Assembly (NCBI GenBank): GCA_963977445.1
Contig: CAXBPH010000062.1
Location: forward strand, 1-29,480
Origin: an uncultured bacterium
Lineage (GTDB): Bacteria; Hydrogenedentota; Hydrogenedentia; Hydrogenedentales; JAEUWI01
Reading direction: 5' to 3'
DNA: 29,480 bases
Shown: positions 9,334 to 17,068 of the stretch, piece by piece
Numbering within the stretch: position 1 is the stretch's first letter
How the letters are laid out: each line of letters opens with the position of its first letter
Program-made: the position numbers and the translations under genes
The notes under the pieces: model-generated
Seen by the model: only the letters and a program-made list of their open reading frames with translations
Told to the model about the DNA's origin: nothing
The model's database searches: none

Positions 9334-10119
9334 ATGCTGAATACTACCTATTTCACAGAAAAATGGTTTAAATATTATCGCAATATTTATGCCTCTACGG
9401 CCGTCGTCAAGGGAATTTTGGGCCTGCTGTGTCTTTGCGTTGCCCTTTGGAGGTCTACCGATTCACTACCATTTTCTGTTTTTATGCTCTCTTTCGCGGC
9501 TTATTGGGGATACGGTGCGCGGCAAGCAATACTCCGTTTTCGCGATGGTGTACTCCGTGGCGGGTTGCGCCGCAAGGTGGAATTTGATGGTGTGCGACTG
9601 ACGGCCGACATGCCCGGCCAAGCCCGGCAGACCGTCTATCCGACCCAGTGTCGCCGCTACTATCCCTATTCGGAAACCCTTGAGCTCCACGACGGACCCC
9701 GGTTTGACCTTCGTGCATTCCATCCATCAATCCTTGCAAACCCTGAAAATTTGTTCGTCAGGAAGATGTTTCGCGAATGGTGGCCTGAGCTGGATTTTGA
9801 CAGTGAGCTCCTTCGGGCCAGAAAGCGGCCGGGGTTCGAACGATCGACGAAGCGGCTGTTAGATGTCTTATTTGTTCTGGCAGCGTGCGCAGTGCTTTTG
9901 GTAACGATTGTGCCCGGACTGTTTGGGTATGAGCATGATGCATTTTACATGGACCTGCTGGTGGGGTCCGTCGTCGGATGCGCCTGTCTGTATGAGTTAT
10001 GGAATAAACGGTTTCTCCAACGATGTTTCATCGAATTGCCCCATGCGAGCGAAGGAAATGCTTCGCTGGATGAAACAAGCAAGGAAGAAAAGTCATTGGC
10101 GACGTCGCCCCTGGGGTGA
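9334..10119 (+). CDS. Hypothetical membrane protein (2 TM, soluble domain, 2 TM); paralog of 10207-10968
   Basis: GAGGGAG RBS and hydrophobic segments. Shares FRxGxL..GLRRK..FDG, C.RY, L.DG..F, FR.WWP..D and ELP with the next ORF. Confidence 0.8.
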   Translation: MLNTTYFTEKWFKYYRNIYASTAVVKGILGLLCLCVALWRSTDSLPFSVFMLSFAAYWGYGARQAILRFRDGVLRGGLRRKVEFDGVRLTADMPGQARQTVYPTQCRRYYPYSETLELHDGPRFDLRAFHPSILANPENLFVRKMFREWWPELDFDSELLRARKRPGFERSTKRLLDVLFVLAACAVLLVTIVPGLFGYEHDAFYMDLLVGSVVGCACLYELWNKRFLQRCFIELPHASEGNASLDETSKEEKSLATSPLG

Positions 10120-10206
10120 CGACTGCCGTGGGTAGATACAGGGATTTGGTAGGGGCGTTCAACTGAGCGTGACTCAGTAAGGCTACCTGCACAGGGGATT
10201 TACACG

Positions 10207-10968
10207 ATGGTCAATGCAAAATACATTCCAGACAGCCAAATTCGCTACCATGGCACGATGTATATCGTGTCGTCGGTGCTCCTCGTCGTCGCGGCACTAA
10301 TTGCCTTCTATTTCGGTGTGCGGATTGGCAATAGCTTGCCGGTGGCACTGTTTGTGATGGTGATCGTGGGTAGTTTCCTGTTGCGCATGGCCTATACACA
10401 AGCCGTACATTTTCGTGAGGGGATTCTGAATCGGGGACTTCGGCGCAAGATTGTTTTCGATGGCCATCAGCTGATTTTCGAAAAGCCAGGAGCGGAGACC
10501 AAGGTCGTAGTTCCATCGGATTGTTGTCGTTACTTTTCGTTTTCTCAGACCATCGTCTTGAAAGATGGCCGTCAATTTTCCTTTCGATTGACGCCGCCTC
10601 CCCGATTCAGCTACACCGACGCCAGCTTTGCGCATGATATATTTCGAATTTGGTGGCCCGACTTCGACGTGAAAAAAGTGGAAGGAGAAGTCAAAAAACG
10701 CCAGCGCAAGGAACGAATCGCGAGACACATATTGGGTATGTCGGGTACGTTTGTTCCTTTCTTGATTTTATACTTCTCAACGGCAACGTCTATTGAATTC
10801 GACTTGTTGTACGTCTGGTGGATTAGTGCAATCTGCTTGTGGCTTCCATTTTCAATGATTATAGATTACCACTGGGAAAGGAGCCTGGAGAATCGCGTGG
10901 TCGTTGAGTTGCCGACGTTGGAGGTTGAGGGGGACGTGGGTATATGCATGGGGTCCTCTCCAGTGTGA
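10207..10968 (+). CDS. Hypothetical membrane protein; paralog of 9334-10119
   Basis: AGGGGA RBS; same topology and conserved motifs as the previous ORF. Confidence 0.8.
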   Translation: MVNAKYIPDSQIRYHGTMYIVSSVLLVVAALIAFYFGVRIGNSLPVALFVMVIVGSFLLRMAYTQAVHFREGILNRGLRRKIVFDGHQLIFEKPGAETKVVVPSDCCRYFSFSQTIVLKDGRQFSFRLTPPPRFSYTDASFAHDIFRIWWPDFDVKKVEGEVKKRQRKERIARHILGMSGTFVPFLILYFSTATSIEFDLLYVWWISAICLWLPFSMIIDYHWERSLENRVVVELPTLEVEGDVGICMGSSPV

Positions 10969-10975
10969 CTACGGT

Positions 10976-11768
10976 GTGACACCCTTGTCGGTCACTTTTT
11001 TTCAAAGAGTTTCACATTGGGGAATAAAAGGGGATGCCACCGTGCCACCCGATCGTGCACTTCGCTGACGTGGGTAGTGCATTAATCGTCGGACATAAAA
11101 TGGGACCATTCCCAGTCGCGTAAACGTGAAGCACGTTCGGGTGCCTTGACCCTCGTTTACTCGATGTTACGACGCTTCCCTCACCGTAGCTTTTCATCCC
11201 AAGTTCCCCGTGGATAAACCAGTCCACCGTGACATCCTCCAATAGCGACCTTCCCTCAGGCTCAAGGCACCCGAACCCGATGTAGTCCGTCTCCGACGCC
11301 CTACCTCGTGATCGGGTGGCACCCTTGTCGTTCACTTTCTTCAAAGAGTTTCACTTTCGGGAATAAAAGGGGATGTGGTCGTGCCACCCGATCGTGCACT
11401 TTGTCGACGTGGGTAGTGCACTGGTCGTGAGACATAGAGTGCGACCATTCCCAGTCGCGTAAACGTGAAGCACGTTCGGGTGCCTTGAGCCTCGTTTACT
11501 CGATGCAACGACGCTACCGTCACGGTAGCTTTTCATCCCAAGGTATCGTGAGCAAACGAGTCCAATGCCACCCAGCGAGAGACTCTATAAGGGTGGCACG
11601 GACAAGCCCGCAGGGGCTTGCCCGTGAACGTTTTCCATGACGATGCCTCAGGTTGGCAGTAGTACCAGGGGAAGTCAGGAAAGATTCAGACACGCAACTC
11701 AGGACCATCAGATCACCTGCAGGTCCCCACGGGCAAGTCCTGCGGACTTGTCCGTGCCACCCAGACGT
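10976..11768. repeat. Modular repeat cluster, locus 2: B (10976-11054), L, C' (11135-11276), B (11310-11393), L, C, A (11591-11762)
   Basis: Internal tandem duplication (10976-11230 vs 11316-11570). 13-bp IR GATCGGGTGGCAC/GTGCCACCCGATC around B; 15-bp IR GTTCGGGTGCCTTGA/TCAAGGCACCCGAAC around C'; A is two inverted REP-like hairpins. Confidence 0.9.
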
Positions 11769-11885
11769 TGCCAGTGTGTCGGTAAGCTCAAACCCCATAA
11801 CTCCAATCTACTGTGTGGGTCACCAAGCCACCGGCCACCCAAAATCGGCCATACTTCTACCGATCAAACCCTGATTTTATCCCCC

Positions 11886-11942
11886 TTGACAATCCCGATA
11901 TTTTGCTATAGTGTAATGCAAGGTACCTTGTGAAACACCGTA
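11886..11942 (+). promoter_or_regulatory. Sigma70-type promoter of the padR operon with two overlapping candidate operator boxes
   Basis: TTGACA at 11886-11891 and TGcTATAGT at 11904-11912. Two 19-bp TA-N3-TG-N5-CA-N3-TA boxes at 11907-11925 and 11924-11942. Confidence 0.6.
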
Positions 11943-11968
11943 GCAACCCACCAAGCAGGCGATTTTCC

Positions 11969-12346
11969 ATGAACGCACCCGATAACGAGCTGAATTTAGG
12001 TAACTGGACGACCCAGTTGCGTAAGGGCTTGCTGGAGCTGTGTATCGTCAACCTCCTCTCCGAGGGCGAGCTCTATGGGTACGACCTGGTCAAGCGGGTG
12101 ACGGCCATCCGGGGGGTGGTGGTCACGGAGGGCACGATTTATCCCTTACTCTCCCGATTGCGCAAAAGTGGACTCGTGGATACCCGTATTGAAGAGTCGC
12201 CCAATGGTCCGGTGCGAAAATACTATCGCCTGACCCCGGCAGGGGGGCGTGCCCGGGAAATGATGAATGCCTGCTGGCAGGATGTAGAAATTGGCGTGAA
12301 TGGCCTCATAGAAAGGGGACGTGCCCATGAAACACTGGACACCTGA
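11969..12346 (+). CDS. PadR-family transcriptional regulator
   Basis: QLRKGLLELCIVNLL, ELYGYDL, EGTIYPLLSRL and GPVRKYYRLT..G. ATG at 11969 preferred over the ORF-track start at 11930. Confidence 0.95.
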   Translation: MNAPDNELNLGNWTTQLRKGLLELCIVNLLSEGELYGYDLVKRVTAIRGVVVTEGTIYPLLSRLRKSGLVDTRIEESPNGPVRKYYRLTPAGGRAREMMNACWQDVEIGVNGLIERGRAHETLDT

Positions 12347-14999
12347 AGCAGAGGAGCGGCTGGCCGCGTATCTGGATGATGTGTTGGCCCTGGCCCAGGC
12401 GCACAGCGACGATGCGGAAGATTTCCTGGAAGATCTGCGCACCCACATCCGCCGTGATGCCGAAGCGACGGCCGGCGGCCTCGTGACGCCCCAGAACCTC
12501 GACCGGGCCTTGGCTGCTGCAGGTACGCCCTATGACGTCGTAGGTATCGAAGCAGGCGCGCCCACCATCGCCCAGCGCAATGGAAAGACATCACCGGAGG
12601 GTGACCCCATACACCTGAACGTGCCCATCACCATCGTGTGTGGCATACTCTTACCCCTCGCGGCAGTTGTCGCTGAAATTGTACTCATGGTAAACGATGC
12701 GAGTGGGGGATTGGGTGTGATGCCCACTTTCATGCACCTCTTCCTGCTGCTCGGGGTGCCCATCTGTTTTGGATTTTTACAGAATGTTTCCTACACGCCC
12801 GCCGCACAGCAGCCCCTGTGGAAACGACGTGCTGTTGCCTTCGGCGTGGGCTATCTTTTCGCCATCACCAGCCTGTATTGCTGTGCGCTTTTCCCGCTCT
12901 TTCCCGTATCCCTTATCGCGATTTTGTTCTTCGGTATCGGATTTGTGGGGCTCTCGCCCATCTTCGCGTTGATAGCGACCTTCGCGGCAGTGACGCGACT
13001 TACAAGAGGGGGTTACTACGGCAACGACCTGGAATCGACCCGCAGACGCTGGAGTGTCGGGGGATTTGCCTTCGTATCCGTACTTCTTGTTGGCTCGCTG
13101 TTCCACAGTGTGTTCTTGGTCGGTAACCTGCGACAGGCGGTAGAGGCTCCCGCAGCGAAGCGGAATGACGCGTTGCACACCCTCCGCATCTGGGGCTTTC
13201 CGGATTTGGCCCAGACCGAGAGTGACGACCGCTTGCTCGCGAGATTTTGGGACGCCAAAGGTAACATGTATATCCCCAGGGTTTCAGCGCTCCAGGAAGC
13301 CTATTTTCAAGTGTATGGTGAGGTGGCGGTGGATAGCGATCTGCGCTCCTGGTGGTATCTCAACAACGTATTTGGCAATCGCCAACAACGCCTTTGGCAA
13401 CAAGGGGGCGACAAGGTCGGCACGAAGATAGCCAATCTATCTCTGCGCCAGAGTACCATGAATATCGACATGGTGAGCGAGGGTATGGCGGCCCAGGGTT
13501 TGAGCTATACCGAGTGGATTATGGAATTCGATAATGCCAATTCGGACGCCAACGAGGCCCGGTGCCTAATCGCTTTGCCCCCCGGGGGCGTGGCCAGCCG
13601 ACTCACCCTATGGATTGATGGCGAAGAACGGGAAGCCGCCTTTGGTGGGCGCAGTCAGGTTAAGGCAGCCTACAGGGAAGTCGCTGTGGTGCAACGGCGG
13701 GACCCGGCTCTCTTGACGACGGCAGGACGTGATAGTGTCTTCCTGCAGTGCTTCCCTGTGCCCGCCCGTGGCCGGATGAAATTGAAAATTGGGGTTACAG
13801 CACCTCTCCGAACAATTGGCGACCAGGCTTTTCTCCCGCTTCCCTATATCGTGAGTGAGAATTTTGACCTGGAGGATGGCTTCGCCCATGGCCTGAATAT
13901 CACGAGTCCGTCCAGCCTCTCTCTTGTGGGCGGCGAACTGAATGCGCCCAATGGGGCGTCGGGGGTATTCAATTATCTCGGGGACATTTCCGAGGGGGAT
14001 CTCAACCGGCACGGTGCGGGGGCGATCCTGTCGATGGACAACGTGTCCACGCCCGGCCCCCATGAAGGGCGACTCGGTAGTTACGTCGCTACCCTCCTCC
14101 AGGCGCCCGCGGCGGCCCCCGTAAAAAATCGTAATGTTTGTCTGGTGATTGATGGTTCCGCCGGCGTTGGGCGGGCCAATATTGATTGGTCAGCATTTAT
14201 CAAGGCCTTTCCGGAAGACGTCTCGCTACGGGCCTGTCTGGCTTCCGATGGGGGGCACCTCTGGGACGGAGCAGGCGGGCGGGACGGTCTGATCGACTGG
14301 CTGAACACCCAGACCTTCGAATTTGGCCAGCCTCTCGTGAAGGGGCTGATGAAACTCTGGTCTGAAACGATGGATATTTCCGACCGGGAGTTCATCGTGA
14401 TACACGGACCCCAACCGTTGGATGACAGCCATCTTGAGCGATTCACGCAGGCACTGAAACAGAGCCGATGGAATGGGGGCGGGCAATCGGTGTCTCTGGT
14501 GGCCGCTACCCCGGGACCAATACGTATGTTGGAAGCGTTGGATGGGTACAAGGAAATCCAGAAGGTGCCCGTTATCGATAGCGTCCAAGCCACCCTGGAA
14601 CGGCTTGCCCGCACCGGCCATGGGACGGATGATAACCGCACCTATACCCTCGAAAAGAATGCCGCTACGGCGGAGACCTCGGGCAAACACGGCACGTCAT
14701 CCCACGTGGTGCGTATGGCGGCCCTGAACGAGGTGATGAACTTATTGGCGGTCCACTCGCCCCTGGAAAGCAAGGAAGCCACACGACTGGCCCAGCGATG
14801 CCGACTCGTGACACCGGTCAGTGGTGCCGTGGTGTTGGAGACCAAAGCCCAATATGAGCGCCACGGACTGGACGATGACGAAAACCTGGATGCCGTACCG
14901 GCGGTACCTGAGCCAGAGGAATGGCTCCTGATTATCATCGCGTTGTGCGCCGTCACATTCATTCTCTACAAGACCCAGCGAAAGAAAGTGGCTGCGTAA
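12327..14999 (+). CDS. Membrane protein: N-terminal HAAS-like domain, ~5-6 TM, VIT domain, vWA-like domain and C-terminal PEP-CTERM sorting signal
   Basis: N-terminal RLAAYLDDV...EDLRTHI...GTP. VIT motifs YTEWIMEFDN, EAR..IALPPGGVASRLTLWIDGEEREAAF, RRDPALL, LQCFPV. vWA-like LVIDGS. LVTPVSGAVVLET. C-terminal VPEPEEW + TM + RKK. Overlaps the padR 3' end. Confidence 0.85.
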   Translation: MKHWTPEAEERLAAYLDDVLALAQAHSDDAEDFLEDLRTHIRRDAEATAGGLVTPQNLDRALAAAGTPYDVVGIEAGAPTIAQRNGKTSPEGDPIHLNVPITIVCGILLPLAAVVAEIVLMVNDASGGLGVMPTFMHLFLLLGVPICFGFLQNVSYTPAAQQPLWKRRAVAFGVGYLFAITSLYCCALFPLFPVSLIAILFFGIGFVGLSPIFALIATFAAVTRLTRGGYYGNDLESTRRRWSVGGFAFVSVLLVGSLFHSVFLVGNLRQAVEAPAAKRNDALHTLRIWGFPDLAQTESDDRLLARFWDAKGNMYIPRVSALQEAYFQVYGEVAVDSDLRSWWYLNNVFGNRQQRLWQQGGDKVGTKIANLSLRQSTMNIDMVSEGMAAQGLSYTEWIMEFDNANSDANEARCLIALPPGGVASRLTLWIDGEEREAAFGGRSQVKAAYREVAVVQRRDPALLTTAGRDSVFLQCFPVPARGRMKLKIGVTAPLRTIGDQAFLPLPYIVSENFDLEDGFAHGLNITSPSSLSLVGGELNAPNGASGVFNYLGDISEGDLNRHGAGAILSMDNVSTPGPHEGRLGSYVATLLQAPAAAPVKNRNVCLVIDGSAGVGRANIDWSAFIKAFPEDVSLRACLASDGGHLWDGAGGRDGLIDWLNTQTFEFGQPLVKGLMKLWSETMDISDREFIVIHGPQPLDDSHLERFTQALKQSRWNGGGQSVSLVAATPGPIRMLEALDGYKEIQKVPVIDSVQATLERLARTGHGTDDNRTYTLEKNAATAETSGKHGTSSHVVRMAALNEVMNLLAVHSPLESKEATRLAQRCRLVTPVSGAVVLETKAQYERHGLDDDENLDAVPAVPEPEEWLLIIIALCAVTFILYKTQRKKVAA

Positions 15000-16507
15000 T
15001 GAGTCTCGCCCGCACCTGGGATACACCGCTCATCCGCCCAATGGGGCAATGCCCCAAGGCAATGTGGGAGAATCTGTTCTTCATTGCCGTCCTTTTTCTG
15101 GCATGTTGGGCGGCCCTGTTGCGCTTCTGGGGCCAATGGCTGGGACCCGACGTGCCAAGCACGGGACTCTGGTCCATGCTCGCCGCCGTCGTGACGTGGG
15201 CGGTGCTCTTCATGAAGTCTGCCGACGGGGCCCGGATTGCCCCCGCGAGATACGTGCTGGCCTGTGCCACGCTGTTGTTCCTCTACGCCCTGAGTTACCC
15301 CGCCATGCCCCGCTTGGTGTCGTCGACCCTGGCCGTGTTGGCCGTGAGCACCGGGCTACTCGCTGCGTTGCCACCCGCACGGCGTCGGTGCTCCACGGGA
15401 CTCGCCCTCTGGATGATTGCTTCCTTGCCCTTGGGTGTGGCGGTGAATATCTATTTCGGCTATCCCTTGCGACTCCTGGTGGGATGGTTGGCCTCCTGCG
15501 CTCTTGGCGGGAGTATAGATGCTCTGGGTGCCGGGCTCACCGATGGAAACAACACCGTTTTTATTGATGCCCCCTGCAGCGGCATAACCATGCTGCGTGT
15601 TACCGTGTTGCTCGTTGGTGTGGTTGCCGTATTGTGTCAACTACGGATAGGCGCAACCATTCTGTTGGCCTTGTTGGGTATGGTGTTGGCCATCGCGGGA
15701 AATGTCGCACGGGTCAGTACCTTATTTGTCCTCTACGGCATGGGAGAGGTCGCCCCATGGCTCCATGAATGGACCGGGCTCCTGGCCTTTGTAGAATGTG
15801 CGGCCTTGGTGGTTGTTGCCGCACTTTACCTGCGCCGGTGGGAGCAACGACGGGCCGATAAAGTGCAAGCGCCAATAGTGAGCCTGACCTCGATTCCTTC
15901 GAAACTCAGGATAGCGGTCTGGAGTGCCCTCGGTCTATCGGCAATGGGTGCCGCCATGGTGCCCTTCACGACAAATCCGCCGATCCACCAGGCCACCGGT
16001 ATCGTGACCTGGCCCACCCTCATCGAAGGGGAACAGTGGGACGTCGTTGCGCCCGATAAAGAGATGCTGAAGTTTCAGGAGACCTATATTGGCGACTGGG
16101 TCCGTGGGGAATTGCGCGACAGTGGGCGAAATATACTTCTGCGCCAGTGCGATGCCCCGACCTTGACCCTGCACCCCACCGACGAATGTTATCGGGCCTA
16201 CGGCTTCAACTGTTCTACCCTCGATGCGTGGGTCGATTCACAGGGCCATCTTTGGAGTAAATTCCTGGCCGTGCATCCCGATGGTCGGGTCTTTACGGTG
16301 CGCCAGTGTTTTTTCAGTATCGATCCCGATGTGACGACAACGGCGGAGTCCTTGTCGGAATGGACGGATGGGGCAAAATCCTGGCCGGATATGGCCAGCT
16401 GGTATTGGGCTGCGGCACGACCCGGTTCGGGGGTAAAACGTACTTTCGCCGTCGCAATTGCGGAAGCGCAAGACGGGGAACAGGGTGGGGAAGGGATAGA
16501 CGATTGA
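14999..16507 (+). CDS. Exosortase/archaeosortase-family protein of the VIT-associated dedicated type, with an EpsI-like C-terminal extension
   Basis: Multi-TM protein with catalytic triad motifs DAPCSG (Cys), GNVARV (Arg) and LHEWTG (His); C-terminal LHPTDECY. TAATG stop/start overlap with the upstream PEP-CTERM gene. Confidence 0.88.
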   Translation: MSLARTWDTPLIRPMGQCPKAMWENLFFIAVLFLACWAALLRFWGQWLGPDVPSTGLWSMLAAVVTWAVLFMKSADGARIAPARYVLACATLLFLYALSYPAMPRLVSSTLAVLAVSTGLLAALPPARRRCSTGLALWMIASLPLGVAVNIYFGYPLRLLVGWLASCALGGSIDALGAGLTDGNNTVFIDAPCSGITMLRVTVLLVGVVAVLCQLRIGATILLALLGMVLAIAGNVARVSTLFVLYGMGEVAPWLHEWTGLLAFVECAALVVVAALYLRRWEQRRADKVQAPIVSLTSIPSKLRIAVWSALGLSAMGAAMVPFTTNPPIHQATGIVTWPTLIEGEQWDVVAPDKEMLKFQETYIGDWVRGELRDSGRNILLRQCDAPTLTLHPTDECYRAYGFNCSTLDAWVDSQGHLWSKFLAVHPDGRVFTVRQCFFSIDPDVTTTAESLSEWTDGAKSWPDMASWYWAAARPGSGVKRTFAVAIAEAQDGEQGGEGIDD

Positions 16508-16634
16508 GTTTAGATTCTCTTGGTGGAAAATGCACCTACCTGACCTGCCGGAGTTCGCTGGTTTCTATGTAGAATTCAGGCGGTTGATGTGCAGCTCAAA
16601 AGCCTAACCAATAGCCCGAATTATGTAGGTGCTA

Positions 16635-17010
16635 CCAATGCCACCGCCACCCTGCGAGAGACTCTATAAGGGTGGCACGGACAAGCCCGCAGGGGCTTGC
16701 CCGTGAACGTTTTCCATGACGATGCCTCAGGTTGGCAGTAGTACCAGGGGAAGTCAGGAAATATTCAGACACGCAACTCAGGACCATCAGACCATCTGCA
16801 TTACCCCACGGGCAAGTCCTGCCGGACTTGTCCGTGCCACCCAGACGTGTGCTTCGCCGACTTAAGTAATGCTTCGGTCGTCGGGCATAAAACGCTACCT
16901 TTCCCAGTCATACATTTCTACCTCATGATCGGGTGGCACCCTTGTCGTTTACTTTCTTCACGTAGCGTTTCTTAGTGGGAACAGACAGAATCAAAAACGT
17001 GCCACCTGGA
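16635..17010. repeat. Modular repeat cluster, locus 3: C-tail, A (16670-16842), L', B (16927-~17010, diverged right half)
   Basis: 16646-16848 is nearly identical to 11567-11768. 16846-16914 matches 8697-8764. 16918-16960 matches 11301-11343. Confidence 0.9.
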
Positions 17011-17042
17011 CTCTATTGTCCAGGTGGCACGGTGTCTTTTTC
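16993..17042. terminator. Intrinsic terminator, probably for the minus-strand gene and possibly bidirectional
   Basis: Perfect 14-bp stem CGTGCCACCTGGAC (16998-17011) / GTCCAGGTGGCACG (17018-17031) with a 6-nt loop. A5 on the left (a U-tract on the minus strand) and a T-run shortly to the right; lies between convergent genes. Confidence 0.75.
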
Positions 17043-17068
17043 ATTGGGGGACTATTTCAAAAAAGATA

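Noticed and set aside
10909..10968. 3' end of the second paralog may be a decayed linker L (TTGCCGAC...CCAGT at similar spacing)
   Set aside because: The matches are short and the distance to unit B differs from true copies; cannot be separated from chance by eye.
8818..11874. Small mutually similar ORFs (8818-9072, 11012-11344, 11341-11523, 11351-11536 on minus; 9085-9321, 11653-11874 on plus) that look like a peptide family
   Set aside because: They lie inside the DNA repeats, and starts, stops and frames differ between copies, so the similarity reflects the non-coding repeat.
8658..17010. CRISPR array or integron attC interpretation of the repeats
   Set aside because: There are no short identical repeats with unique spacers and no cas or integrase gene. 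The two paralogous ORFs are not separated by a repeat, and I did not find RYYYAAC/GTTRRRY cores at the unit ends.
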